64,000 nucleotides of DNA from assembly GCF_032191835.1 (NCBI RefSeq), contig NC_083240.1, forward strand, positions 26,908,001 through 26,972,000, in the 5' to 3' direction. The notes under the pieces were generated by a model. The model was not told where the DNA came from and made no database searches. It saw only the letters and a program-made list of their open reading frames with translations. Made by a program: the position numbers and the translations under genes. Below, one piece after another: positions 11,895 through 23,700 of the stretch (position 1 is its first letter; every line of letters begins with the position of its first letter). This stretch comes from Heteronotia binoei. Its lineage: Eukaryota.

Positions 11895-13860
11895 TTTTTT
11901 TATTCTGGTATAAGTTTTCATGTGCATGCACACTTCTTTAGTTACACTGAAGCAGAAGTCACCAACAATTACATACAGGTAGAGAGTGGAGAAGTTGTTA
12001 CCACAGTAGCAACACTTCCTAAATTCCTACCCACTCAGACTTCTCTTATATCGAATGACGTCTTTATTGTCTGGACACACAGCAAAGAAGCCCTGGGCAA
12101 ATTCCACCAGACATTCAACAACTTCCACCCCACCATCAAACTGACAACAAACCAATCTATGCTAGAAATACATTTTCTGGACACTACTGTAAAAATACAC
12201 AATGAACACATCGACACCACCTTGTACCAGAAATTTACTGGCTGACAAACATATCTACTTGCCTTCAGCTACCATCCTCAACACACCAAACAAGCCATTT
12301 TGTACAGCCAGGCACCTCTGTTCCAGTCCTACAGACAGATTCTCAGTAAGGGACCTACAACAAATTTTTCTGAACTAAAATATCCACCTGATGAACTAAA
12401 AAAGCAGATTAACAAAGCCAAATGGAATCCAGACTGACAAACCCAAAATGGTACAAGGGTCAGGAAGCGATTTCCTCCAGGTCAGTTTAGCCAGGGATCC
12501 TGGAGGAGACTTTTGTCAGCTTCTAAGCATGGAGCAGGGATTACTGGGGTGTGTGAGGGAGGTAGTTGTGAATTTCCTGTATTGTGCAAGGGGTTGGACT
12601 GGATGACTTTGGAGGTCCCTTCCAACTCTATGATTCTAAGACAGGTCCAAAAGAGATAATAACAGAACACCATTAGTGGTCACATACAGCTCATAACTCA
12701 AAACAGTTCAATGCATCATCAGTGATTTACAACCTCTACTGAATAAAGACAATTCTTTTTCATAATTACAGGTGGGCAAACCTTTTCTTGCCCACAGAAA
12801 GCCCCTCAGTCTTAAGCAACTCCTCACTTACAATAACACATCTAACTTGAAAATGGAAACTGGTACCAGAGCTTGCAATAAGTCCAGATGCCAACTTTGC
12901 TGTCACATACACCCAAACAATGCCATCATTGGACCTAACAATGCCAACTGGCTGCCAGCAAAGATCGTGGGGCCCAGCCATGCTGTGCAGCAGCCTCCCC
13001 AGGGCCAGGCAGGGATTGCAGGGCCCAGATGCACTGTGCGGCAGCCTCCCTGGGGCCTGGCTGGCTGGCCAGAATTGCTGCAGGGCCTGGAAAAGTTACT
13101 GTCACAGTTAAGTTTGCACTTGATTATCCCAGATAGTGTGGCCTAATATGCTAAGGAGTGTGTGACCTAATATGCTAATATTAGGGGATGTGATCTAATA
13201 TGCTACTGAGTTCCTGCTGGGCTTTTTCTGCAAAAAAGTCCTGGACCTAAGCATTTGCCTAGGGTGGCAGGCTGGGTGTGTGTGTGTGTGGGCCAGATTA
13301 GGGTCTCCCCATATGACTTCAAATAGAAAAACAATCATTTGCCTTAATTTTGCTGGCCTTAATCATTCTCCCTCAGTGGAACACTGTTTTTCTAAGGTGA
13401 TACTTTTTTATGGCCCACAAATGATGTTATAAATATCCATATGGCCCTTGGCAGAAAAAAGGTTCCCCACCCCTGCTTTAACGGGAGATTGCTGAATTAC
13501 AACATTACAACACTCAGGGCAATGAAATCCCCAGGACTTAACAGAGATACTGATTTACTACACATGCTAATGTCATTCAGTCTCTTGTAAACGGCTTTAA
13601 TATGCTATATGCTAATGTAATGCTATTCACAGGTCTCACCAGTTGCCTTAATCCAATCTTAGTTATATTTATTGCTCTGTTATTTATGCATCTTTACTCC
13701 AATTAATCCATCCTGGCAACAACCTCCCCACCCTCTACCTATATGTAATGGTTGGTGACTTCTGTTTCAATGTAGATGAAGAAGCATGCCTGCATACAAA
13801 AGCTTACAGTTATACCCAGAATAAAAGGTACCACAGGACTCAAACTTTGTTTTAATTTGG
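11895..13860 (+). mobile_element. Fragmented Penelope-like retroelement in SLFN-A intron 1
   Basis: RT motif NDVFIVWTHSKEALGKFHQTFNNFHPTIKLT...IHFLDTTV (12035-12245); CNKSRCQLCCHIH linker (~12870); GIY-YIG tail ...PGLNRD (~13530); pLTR-like tail ~13780-13860 and an inverted pLTR piece ~11895-11950; interrupted by other repeats. Confidence 0.8.
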
Positions 13861-14307
13861 GTCTGCTATTGTAGTTTTTGGTTGTTTGAGAGCTGCTTTG
13901 GAGAGTTTGCCCCAGAAAAAAAGTTTAAAATTATTAATTTGGGTAAAAATCTTGGTCAGTGGCCCACCACGGTTCCAGAAGACAGTTGTATGGCACATTC
14001 TTGTTAAAGCTAATCACGTCTGGATCTGGTCAGTGTCTGGACAGGAAATGTCTTGGGACTCACTGAAGCATCTCCACAACTAAAAAAAAGTGCCATTATA
14101 GATGCCCCATTGTCAAATTGCAAGGCAGAAAACTGACTGTGCCAGACCATCATGCCTGTTTGACTCAAATATAACCATTGTCACAAATGGGAAATGCTGT
14201 AAACTGTGGGGTCCAAAGGCAAGAAACTGCAAAGGCATCCTATGTCCTCTCAATGGATAACACAGATGTGCACAAAATAAACAGTGACAATTCATGGAAA
14301 CGTAAAT

Positions 14308-14507
14308 GAAACATATGAAGCTGCCTTATACTGAATCAGACCCTTGGTCCATCAACGTCAGTATTGTCTACTCAGACTGGCAGCGGCTCTCCAGGGTCTC
14401 AAGCGGAGGTTTTTCACACCTATTTGCCTGGACCCTTTTTTGGAGATGCCAGGGATTGAACCTGGGACCTTCTGCTTACCAAGCAGATGCTCTACCACTG
14501 AGCCACC
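14308..14507 (-). mobile_element. tRNA-derived SINE (Squam2-like); other copies ~4560-4699(+), 7540-7690(+), 20233-20447(+), 26750-26915(-), 44225-44395(-), 50395-50585(-), 60925-61125(-), 61745-61810(-)
   Basis: Head ggtggctcagtggtagagcatctgcttggtaagcagaaggtcccaggttcaatccctggc; tail gggtctgattcagtataaggcagcttcatatgt repeated across the window. Confidence 0.75.
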
Positions 14508-15084
14508 TTTGTGCTGTGAAAGGAAACCATTGCCTTGACTGTAGCTTGAGTTATACAACAGCTATATTCCTCCCCAATCCAATCCTCCTCCATTCCCCGC
14601 ATCCCCAATTCCAATCCACTTCCCCTCCAAATTAGGATAAACTCAAATTACATTAAATCTTCGTTCGCGAAGCCAAGCCGAGAGAGACATAAAAAGAATA
14701 TCTAGACTAATTAGAATTCAGATCAAGCCCACTACTGCTGTTTTATTTATTTATTAAGGCGATTTAAAGTCCACCCTTTCCCAAAAACGGGCTCAGGGCA
14801 GATAACAACATATTTTAAAAAATCAACAATATAAAACATACTGTTAAAACCAGACCGATATGGAAAAATCATAAATAAGGTATAAGTGGCAGCCTAGTCG
14901 GGCACACGTTATACATGTTCTTGTAAAGTATACCTTACCAGATTTAAACAGGCACACTGCCAAGAAATGCCATCTTAAAAGGCTGATATTCCAGTCTTCA
15001 ACAAAGCATTTCAAAAAGAGGAACCTCCCTCATTAGCAAATCCTCCGTTTCTGGACACGTTTAGATATCTGGAACAGGACTTAC

Positions 15085-15700
15085 CCTCTTGAGAATATTT
15101 CTTCCCCCGCCCAGAGGTTGCTTTAGCCCATTCGGCTTTCTTGCAAACACAACTGATTCACACCGTAACCACAAAACAACTCAGCCCGTTCTCAACGCAT
15201 GCATCCACTTCTCCTTTCTCGCCAGCTGGAGAGGCTAGCGTAGTGCTATTTTCGCGCTACGAGTACCGTGGGGCGTGGCTAAATTTTCGCGCCCCCTTCC
15301 GAATCCTCATGCTGATTGGTCTCCAAGCTTTAAAGAACAGAGCCGTAAAGCGATCCTGTTCACGGAAGTCAAGCACAACTTCGGTTCCCAAAGGAACGCA
15401 GGTACACGCGGAGCGAGCGATGCAGACATCAGGCTGAACTAGCTGATGATGGATCTGGCTGCAATGGCGTCTGAATTAGCTGATGGATGCTCTGATTGGG
15501 TGTTTGGAAGCGCCTGTTTCCAGTTTCGCTTTCCTTTAGCCTAGGTCTGTCACAAAAGTCGAGTGAGTTCCCTCAGGCACTCTCGATACTTCGTCCTTTC
15601 CCACCCGCTTTTCTTTTCGTTGCGATTACAAATTCCCGCTTTAATGTGCGTAATTGAACAGTCTCAACCTGGTACCGAGCCAATGGGAAACCCTAAAGAC
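15085..15700 (-). promoter_or_regulatory. Putative SLFN-A promoter and non-coding first exon with a consensus ISRE
   Basis: Local CpG enrichment; AGTTTCGCTTTCC at 15522-15534 matches AGTTTCNNTTTCC; CCAAT boxes (ATTGG on + near 15315 and 15495, CCAAT near 15680); minus-strand donor GG|GTAAGT at 15084. Confidence 0.65.
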
Positions 15701-16092
15701 GACCAAAAATTTAGGGTGGGGGAAAGCTTTCCTGAGTCTTTCTTAATTTCTTCAGATATCAGTGAGTGGAGACTCAGGAAAGGTCCATAGCCTGTTGGAA
15801 ATAGTTAGCTTTGAAAGTGCTACTGGGCTCTTGGTTTTTTTCTGCTGCTAAAAAAAAAAGGTAGTCCCCTGTGCAAGCACCAGTCGTTTTTGACTCTGGG
15901 GTGACGTTGCTTTCACAACATTTACACGGCAGACTTTTTACGGGGTGGTTTGCTTTTCCCAGTCATGTACACTTTCCCCCTAGCAAGCTGGGTACTCATT
16001 TTACCAACCTCGGAAGGATGGAAGGCTGAGTCAACCTGGACCAGCTTGCTCTGGGTCCAACTCAGGTGGTGAGCAGAGCTTAGGACTGCAGC

Positions 16093-16400
16093 TGTGAGAG
16101 CTGGCCCATAAGGAAGACCAAGCGCAGAAAAATAGATGCTTTTGAGCTGTGGTGCTGGAGAAGAATCTTCAGAGTCCCTTGGACTGCAAGAAGATCAAAT
16201 CAGTGAGTCCTAAGGGAAATCAACCCAGACCATTCCCTGGAAAGTCAGATGCTGAAGCTGAAGCTCAAATACTTTGGCCACCAAATGAGAAGGGAGCACT
16301 CACTGGAGAAGATCCTGATGCTGGAAAAGACAGAAGGCAAAAGAAGAAGGGGACGGCAAAAGATGAGATAGCTGGACAGCATTACTGATGTAACAAACAT
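16093..16400 (+). mobile_element. BovB (RTE) LINE RT C-terminal fragment
   Basis: Encodes CESWPIRKTKRRKIDAFELWCWRRIFRVPWTARRSNQ..., then LKLKLKYFGH...LEKILMLEKTEGKRRRGRQKMR, typical of the BovB C-terminus; truncated at 16400. Confidence 0.85.
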
Positions 16401-18395
16401 CCTTTTTGAGGTGCGGTGACCAGAATTGCACACAGTATTCCAAATGAGACCGCACCATCGATTTATACAGGGGCATTATGATACTGGCTGATTTGTTTTC
16501 AGTTCCCTTCCTATAATACCCAGCATGGCGTTGGCCTTTTTTATTGCAATCGCACACTGTCTTGACATTTTCAGTGAGTTATCTACCACGACCCCAAGAT
16601 CTCTCTCTTGGTCAGTCTCTGCCAGTTCACACCCCATCAACTTGTATTTGTAGCTGGGATTCTTGGCCCCAATGTGCATTACTTTGCACTTGGCCACATT
16701 GAACCTCATCTGCCACGTTGACACCCACTCACCCAGCCTCAATAGATCCCTTTGGAGTTCCTCGCAATCCTCCCTGGTTCTCACCACCCTGAACAATTTA
16801 GTGTCATCTGCAAACTTGGCCACTTCACTGCTTACTCTCAATTCCAAATCATTAATGAACAAGTTAAAGAGCATGGGACCCAGTACTGAGCCCTGTGGCA
16901 CTCCACTGCTTACCATCCTCCACTGCGAAGACTGCCCATTTATACTCACTCTCTGCTTCCTATTAATTAGCCAGTTTTTGATCCACAAAGGACCTGTACT
17001 TTTACTCCATGACTCTTGAGCTTACTAAGGAGCCTTTGATGAGGAACTTTATCAAAAGCTTTCTGGAAGTCAAGGTAAACAATATCTATCGGGTCTCCTT
17101 TGTCCATACGTTTGTTCACCCCCTCAAAGAAATGTAACAGGTTAGTGAGGCAAGATCTTCCCTTACAGAACCCATGCTGAGTCTTCCTCAATAACTCGTG
17201 TTCATCAATGTGCCTATTCATTCTGTCCTTGATAATGGTTTCTACCAACTTTCCCGGTATTGAAGTCAGACTGACTGGCCTGTAGTTTCCCAGATCTCCT
17301 CTGGAACCCTTTTTAAAGATGGGGGTGACATTTGCTACCTTCCAGTCCTCAGGAACGGAGGCAGATTTCAATGAAAGATTACATATTTTTGTCAGAAGAT
17401 CCACAAGTTCAACTTTGAGTTCTTTCAGAACTCTTGAATGTATGCCATCCAGACCTGGTGACTTATTAGTTTTTAATTTGTCTATCAGTTGTAGGACCTC
17501 CTCTCTTGTCACCTCAATCTGACTCAGGTCTTTCAACATCCCTTCCAATATAAGTGGTTCTGGAGCAGGCAAACACTTCTCATCTTCCACAGTGAAGACG
17601 GAGGCAAAACATGCATTCAGCTTCTCAGCCATTTCCTATCCTCCTTCAGTAATCCTTTGACCCCTTGGTCATCCAAGGGCCCCACTGCCTCCCTGGCTGG
17701 TTTCCTGCTTTTAATATATTTGAAGAAATTTTTATTGTTGGTTTTTATGTTTTTTGCAATATGCTCCTCATAGTCCCTTTTTGCCTGCCTGATCACAGTC
17801 TTGCATTTGATTTGCCATTGCCTGTGTTCCCTTTTATTAATCTCACTTGGACTAGCTTTCCACCGCTTAAAGGAGTCCTTCTTAACTTTTACAGCTTCCA
17901 TTACTTTGTTTGTTAACCATGCAGGCCTTCTCTTATACCTGTTTGTGCCTTTCCTAACTTGTGGTATATATTTTATCTGAGCTTCTAGGATTGTAGTTTT
18001 AAATAGCCTCCAAGCTTACCCAAGGGTTTTGACTGTATTTACCTTTCCTTTCAGTTTCCTCTTCACATGCCTCCTCATCTCAGAGAATTTACCCCTTTTA
18101 AAGTTAAACGTGGTTGTGCTGGTCTTTTGGGGCAACTCTCTATTTATACAAACGGTGAAATCAATAACATTATGCTACTAAGTGGTGCGATCACTTTTAC
18201 ATCTCTCACCAAGTCTTGGGCATTACTTAGGACCAAATCCAGGATCGCCCCACCCCTGGTAGGTTCAGAGACCATCTGCTCCATAGCACAGAGAGAGCAT
18301 CTAGAAACTCAATCTCTTTCTCTTGACCAGAACACATATTGACCCAATCAATCTGCGGGTAGTTAAAATCACCTATCAATATACATTATTTGAGA
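16399..18395 (-). mobile_element. CR1 LINE ORF2 fragment (frameshifted, 3'-truncated)
   Basis: ORFs 17617-17901, 16967-17632 and 16476-16988 give NYRPVSLTSIPGK, QHGFCKGRSCLTNLL, YLDFQKAFDKVPH, SGVPQGSVLGP, KFADDTKL. Confidence 0.95.
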
Positions 18396-20719
18396 CCTTT
18401 AGGACTCAGACACAGGATGGGCATAAAATAAAGTCAAGATCACCTATATGGGCTCTGTGAGAAATCCTGACTCTTATCTGAGTACAAACCACAAATCTTG
18501 TTGCGGACTCTCCAACATTACCAAGAAGCCATGCCCTTGTTCCAACATGCAACTAGGTAGCATTTTATACAATGTCCAAAAAAAATTACCTGTGCACTGT
18601 CATGTGAAATAAGATTTTAGGCAGTCAGGCATATGAAATTTCTTACAAAGAAATAGATGAGAAATGGATAAAAAGAAATAGTAAATGATTCAGTCCTCAT
18701 AACTTTATACATTACAGCACTTATGACTTGACTAGTCAAAGGCATTTACTGATTCACATTCACGTTATACTTAATACTAGGGCTGGTATCTGAGTGCTCA
18801 GCTCAGCAAAGTCAGAAGTCTTCCTCCAGCCTATGGAACACACCACATGTAGCTCTTCCACCAGAAGAATAGATACTTCCCTCAGAGTAGGTTTTCCAAC
18901 AACCTCTGACCCCTTTCTATCTTTCTCTCACTATTATAACAGCAGTTGCCATGTAGAATGGATCTCTGTTGTGTTCTCTTACTACAGTTCCCAAGGTTCT
19001 TGGAGCTTGGTTCCTGTTGGGTGGCCAAATCCTGGAGATTTTGGGACACAGCCTCAGGAGGACAGGGTTAGATTAGATTAGATTTATATCCCGCCCTCCC
19101 TACTGAAGGAGGCTCAGGGTGGCTCACAACCAATAAAATCACAATAAAACAATTCAACCATGTTAGTTACATATAAATAATTGATCAGGTCAACAATTCA
19201 TGATTAAAATTAAGCAATTGAAACAGTTTGGTGCTAATATCATTTGGTTTACATAAGGGCGTGACCTCGGCACATTAGAATGTCATAGAGTGCACCCTCC
19301 AAAGCAGCCATTTTCTCCAGGGGAAGTGGTCTCTGCAGCTTGGATATCAGTTGTAATTCTGGGAGATCTCCAGGCCCCACTTGGAGGTTGGCAATCCTAT
19401 TGTATGGAGAATCGACCTTTGAAGAAGGCACTCTTCTGGAATGTTCAGTTCAACATAGGCTCATCCCCAAGGAAAATCAGTCTGCAAGACTTTGCGGACT
19501 GAGAGCTAAGGCCAAGAGGCACAAGGCTTTCAGATAAACTAAAAGACAGTCAGAATATGGATGTTCCTCAGTTTGTGCCATGAACTTTATTTTCAAACAG
19601 CGCCATCTATAAATGACAGGCAACCACTCTGCAGTTTAGGAGTAACCATTTTATGAAGAGCTGGAAGCAGCATGGTTGAATGTGTGGTAGAGGACAGGTT
19701 TGTTGGAGAGGCTATGGCAACCTAGCAATGCCAGGTTTTGTACCCAGGGTGCTCTGTGACTCAAGCAAAGGTTAAGGTGTAAGGCATTGTTACTCTGGTG
19801 ATTTTGGCTGCCTCAGGATCCTCTTGGTGTTGCTTGGCACCCCTTCTTTCAATGAGACATTTCTTTTAGGAAGGTAAGATTGGCCTGGCTGGCATGCCAT
19901 TTCAATGAAATAATCACTGGCAAGTGGATGGTTTTGGTGCTGTATCATGCTTATCATTTTAATTGATGTTGTGAGAGACTGGGGAAATTTGCATTGTCAG
20001 GTACTTAAACTTGGTAGTGTGAGGAGGCTTCACTGAGAACTTTATAAGGTTCTGCAGTGAATTCTGCAAACAAAACCTTTTTTATTGTACACTGTTAGTG
20101 AGCAAGCAGTACGAGTAGCATCTTGCTGGCATAAGGGAATTGAATGAATCCTTTTAGGGTGTCCAAATAGATTCCAAATGAGTTTATTTAGTTATTAAAA
20201 CATTTAAACCGCACCTTTCCTGTTTGGGGAAGGATGGTGGCTGTGGTAGAGCCTCTGCTTGGTAAGCAGAAGGTCCCCGGTTCAATCCCTGGCATCTCCA
20301 ACTAAAAAGGGTCCAGGCAAATAGGCGTGAAAAACCTCAGCTTGAGACCCTGGAGAGCCGCTGCCAGTCTGAGTAGACAATACTGACTGAGTAGACAATA
20401 CTGATGGGCCAAGGGTCTGATTCAGTATAAGGCAGCTTCATATGTTCAAGGTGGCTTACAATAATGTAATATAATTTGATATGGGTAGGGGTATTTCCCC
20501 CCCTCATGTGCAGCTAGGATTGCCAGCTCAGAGTTGGGAAATACCTGGAGTTTTAGGGGGTGGATCCTGAGAAGGGCAGGGTTTGGGAAGGGGAGGGACA
20601 GAAAAAATGGAGGCCTGCGATAGAGGAGGTTTAACCAGCAAGTCTGTGTCAGTAGAGTGTACTAGGTACATAGATAATCCCAACAGAAAGAGTTAAATGT
20701 TTTTCGTTCTAGTTTTCAG

Positions 20720-23700
20720 ATGTCCCTAAGATCTAAGAATCTCAGCTTTCCACGGGACCTGGAAGCCGACAGTATCCAAGCAGACATGTTGTCTTTGAAG
20801 CACTCCATTATACAGGGTCAGGTTGGATCATCTTGGGGGGAGGTTCCAGTGACAGCGTTTTGGAACAAAAAGACTTTATATAATATCCCTAAAATGGGAA
20901 GGGTACACTGGATGGATTCATGCTGCCGTTCACTCTGCTCCCACTTTTGCAGTTTCTTGGCAGTAGTATAAAAACAGAAATTGTTTGTCCGTAGCCATCC
21001 GATGCAGAAGCATCTTCACAGCCAATGCTGTCTACAGATGCAGGGGTGCTCTCTTTACTATTGCTTAGAAGCAAGGGTGGAATTCTAGCAGGAGCTCCTT
21101 TGCATATTAGGCCACACACCCCTGATGTAGCCAATCCTCCAAGAGCTTACAAAAAAAAAGCCTTGTAAACTCTTGGAGGATTGGCTACATCAGGCCTAAT
21201 ATGCAAAGGAGCTCCTGCTAGAATTCCACCCCTGCAAGTTAGAAGAGTGTTCCCCCATCACGGCTGGTCTGATCCAGAAAGGTCTTATGTCCTTGTGCTT
21301 TTCTGTATGCTGAAGCTACAAGCCATTTGTCTTCCTTAATGCCCTGTCCCACAATCATTCCCTCCACCCATGTTTTAGTTTAGAAATGACAGAGAATTTT
21401 GGGGAAAAAATGGTAAGGATGCAGAGAAAGTGGATAACTTTCCCTCCATTTCCCAAGAAAAGGTCTGTCAACAGCTGTTAGCCGTGATGACTAAATGCTG
21501 TCCAGAGGCAGCAAATATCTACTGCTAGGGGAGAGATAAGTGAAGAGAGGTTTTTGCCTTTTGGTCCTGCTTTTGGACTTCCCAGAGGAATCTGGCTGGT
21601 TGTTGATGCTGGCACAGATGGGCCTTTGGCAATAATGTGACAGGCCTCTTGTGCTCTGATTTGCCATGATACTTGGGAACAGAACATCCATATTCAGGAG
21701 CAGTCAAAGCACCGAATGCTGAGCACAAAGAACGGAAGAAAGCTCCCCTGTTTGGGAGCTTCTTGGAAGAATCTAACCAGCTCCTGTTGGAAGCAGGATA
21801 CTGACTAGGTAGGGCTTTGTCTCTGCTTATGATCTCGGTTTTATGTATGTTTTCCCACTTGCTTCAGGGATCCAACAACTGTATCAGACTCAACAGCTCT
21901 GTGATGTCACTCTAGTGGCTGAAGGAAGAATGTTTCCTTGTCACAGGTAAGCTGCTCTGCTACCTCAAAGAGAGGCTTTAACAGAAAATGTTTCCTTGTC
22001 ACAGGTAAGCTGCTCTGCTACCTCAAAGAGAGGCTTTAACAGAAAGAGCAAGGCCATTAGTGTGTAGCAGCTTGGGGTGTTATTGAAGTATTTATATATT
22101 AGTTTGTGAAGAAGTCTTTATGGTGGCACATGGTCCCATAAAATCCTTAGAAAGATAGCCAGACTCGTCAGTGGCATGCATTTGACTGTGTGGGGTAAAG
22201 GTTATGGTCATTGTTGATAGGATGGCGGGTAACATACAGAAGAAGCTGATGGTTGTGTGGTACATGTCAGCACCTTGTGTGCTTGTGTAGACTTGAAGGG
22301 AAAATTTAGGTTGCTGACAAGGTTAAAGACCAGGCCCTGACAAGGTTAAAGACTAGGTAGCATTCTTGGAAGTGCTGCCTTTTTCACAGGCAAACATTCA
22401 GGGTCTCAGTGAGCTGGGCTTTAGTTGAAACAGGATGGGTTGTTGGTGCTTACTATTATCAAAGCTAGCAGAGCTGGAGGACATCTGGTTTGGGCCAACT
22501 CCTCTTCAGGGCTGATGGATTCCAATACTCTAGATGGGAAGGGGCTAGAACAGTGAGATTGTCAGGAAATGACTGCTACTTAGAGAGACAAAAGGAACGT
22601 TGAAGGGAAAGTGCAAGGTGAGGGTGTTTGAAGGAGAAAGGAAGTGTGTCTTTATATGCAAATTCTAGAAGCTTCTGAGCTAAAATGGGAGAGTGGGCAT
22701 ATTGGTGTTAAAAGAGAACTTCAGATTAGTGGATATTTCAGAAAGTAGGTGGGATGGAGAAAATGAGTGGGGTATGTAACTGCACCGAGCTTCTGGGAAG
22801 ACAGCCTGGAAGAATTGGTATTTTGAGCTCATCATGAAGCAGACATTGTGAGTTGCACAAAAGCCAAAGAAGCTGGGGGGTTTCTGCTGAACTAAACATC
22901 CTGAGTCACTCAGCTTTCCTTCAAAGCAGAGTGATTTACTAGCCCTTAACTCTTCATAGATATGTGTAACTGGCATGCATCGGAAGTTCCACCTGAAACC
23001 AGAGATACAGAAGAATTGCTCAGCAAGATATGGGGCAAGAATTCAACGTCCTGTCTGTTTCCTATTCCCACTCTTCATGCCTGGCAAAAACAGCATAAAC
23101 TAAGAGAAATCAGACAAATTTTAGTAATTTATACAGATCTTGTGACAGAAATGTGTATGGTTTTTACATGTGAAAGTTCAGCCTAAGAAATATGCAGAGA
23201 TGGGCTTTGAGTAACTTTGCTACTGTCTTCCCTTTCAGGCCAGTCCTGGCTTCTGTCAGCTTCTACTTCCGGCGCATGTTTGCAAGCTCCTTCAAAGAAT
23301 CCCAGGAACAGGAAATCGTGCTCAAGGAGCTCTCTCATTCGTCCCTCCAGACCCTCCTGGATTACATCTACACAGGAGAACTAGTTCTCACTTCAGAACT
23401 GGCCGAAGAGCTGTTCACAGCAGCCAGCAGGCTTCAGGTCATGCCCGCACTGCAAATTATCAGCAGGTAACAGAGATCAGGGTTTGGTGCACTAAAAGGT
23501 GCATCTCTGAAAAATGCGCAGTCAAGAAGCTCCTCGTCCAAATTTCTCCAGGCTTTTGAAGTTCCATATTTCTTATGCTGAATCCACATAGTGAGATTCA
23601 GTATAAGAAATATGCTCCATTATGTGACCAGGCCATGACTGCATCCTTTTTGTGTGATGTTTGACTCTCACACAAAAAGGATGCAGTCGTAGCCTGGTCA

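Noticed and set aside
20233-20300. tRNA genes (A/B boxes here and at many other sites)
   Set aside because: Each is the head of a multi-copy SINE continuing into a shared non-tRNA body, without a complete cloverleaf.
21843-21845. In-frame ATG as the Kelch start codon
   Set aside because: It lies in the polypyrimidine tract of a good acceptor; the upstream exon 20720-20816 joins in the right phase and supplies the typical pre-BTB helix (HSIIQG). Not fully excluded.
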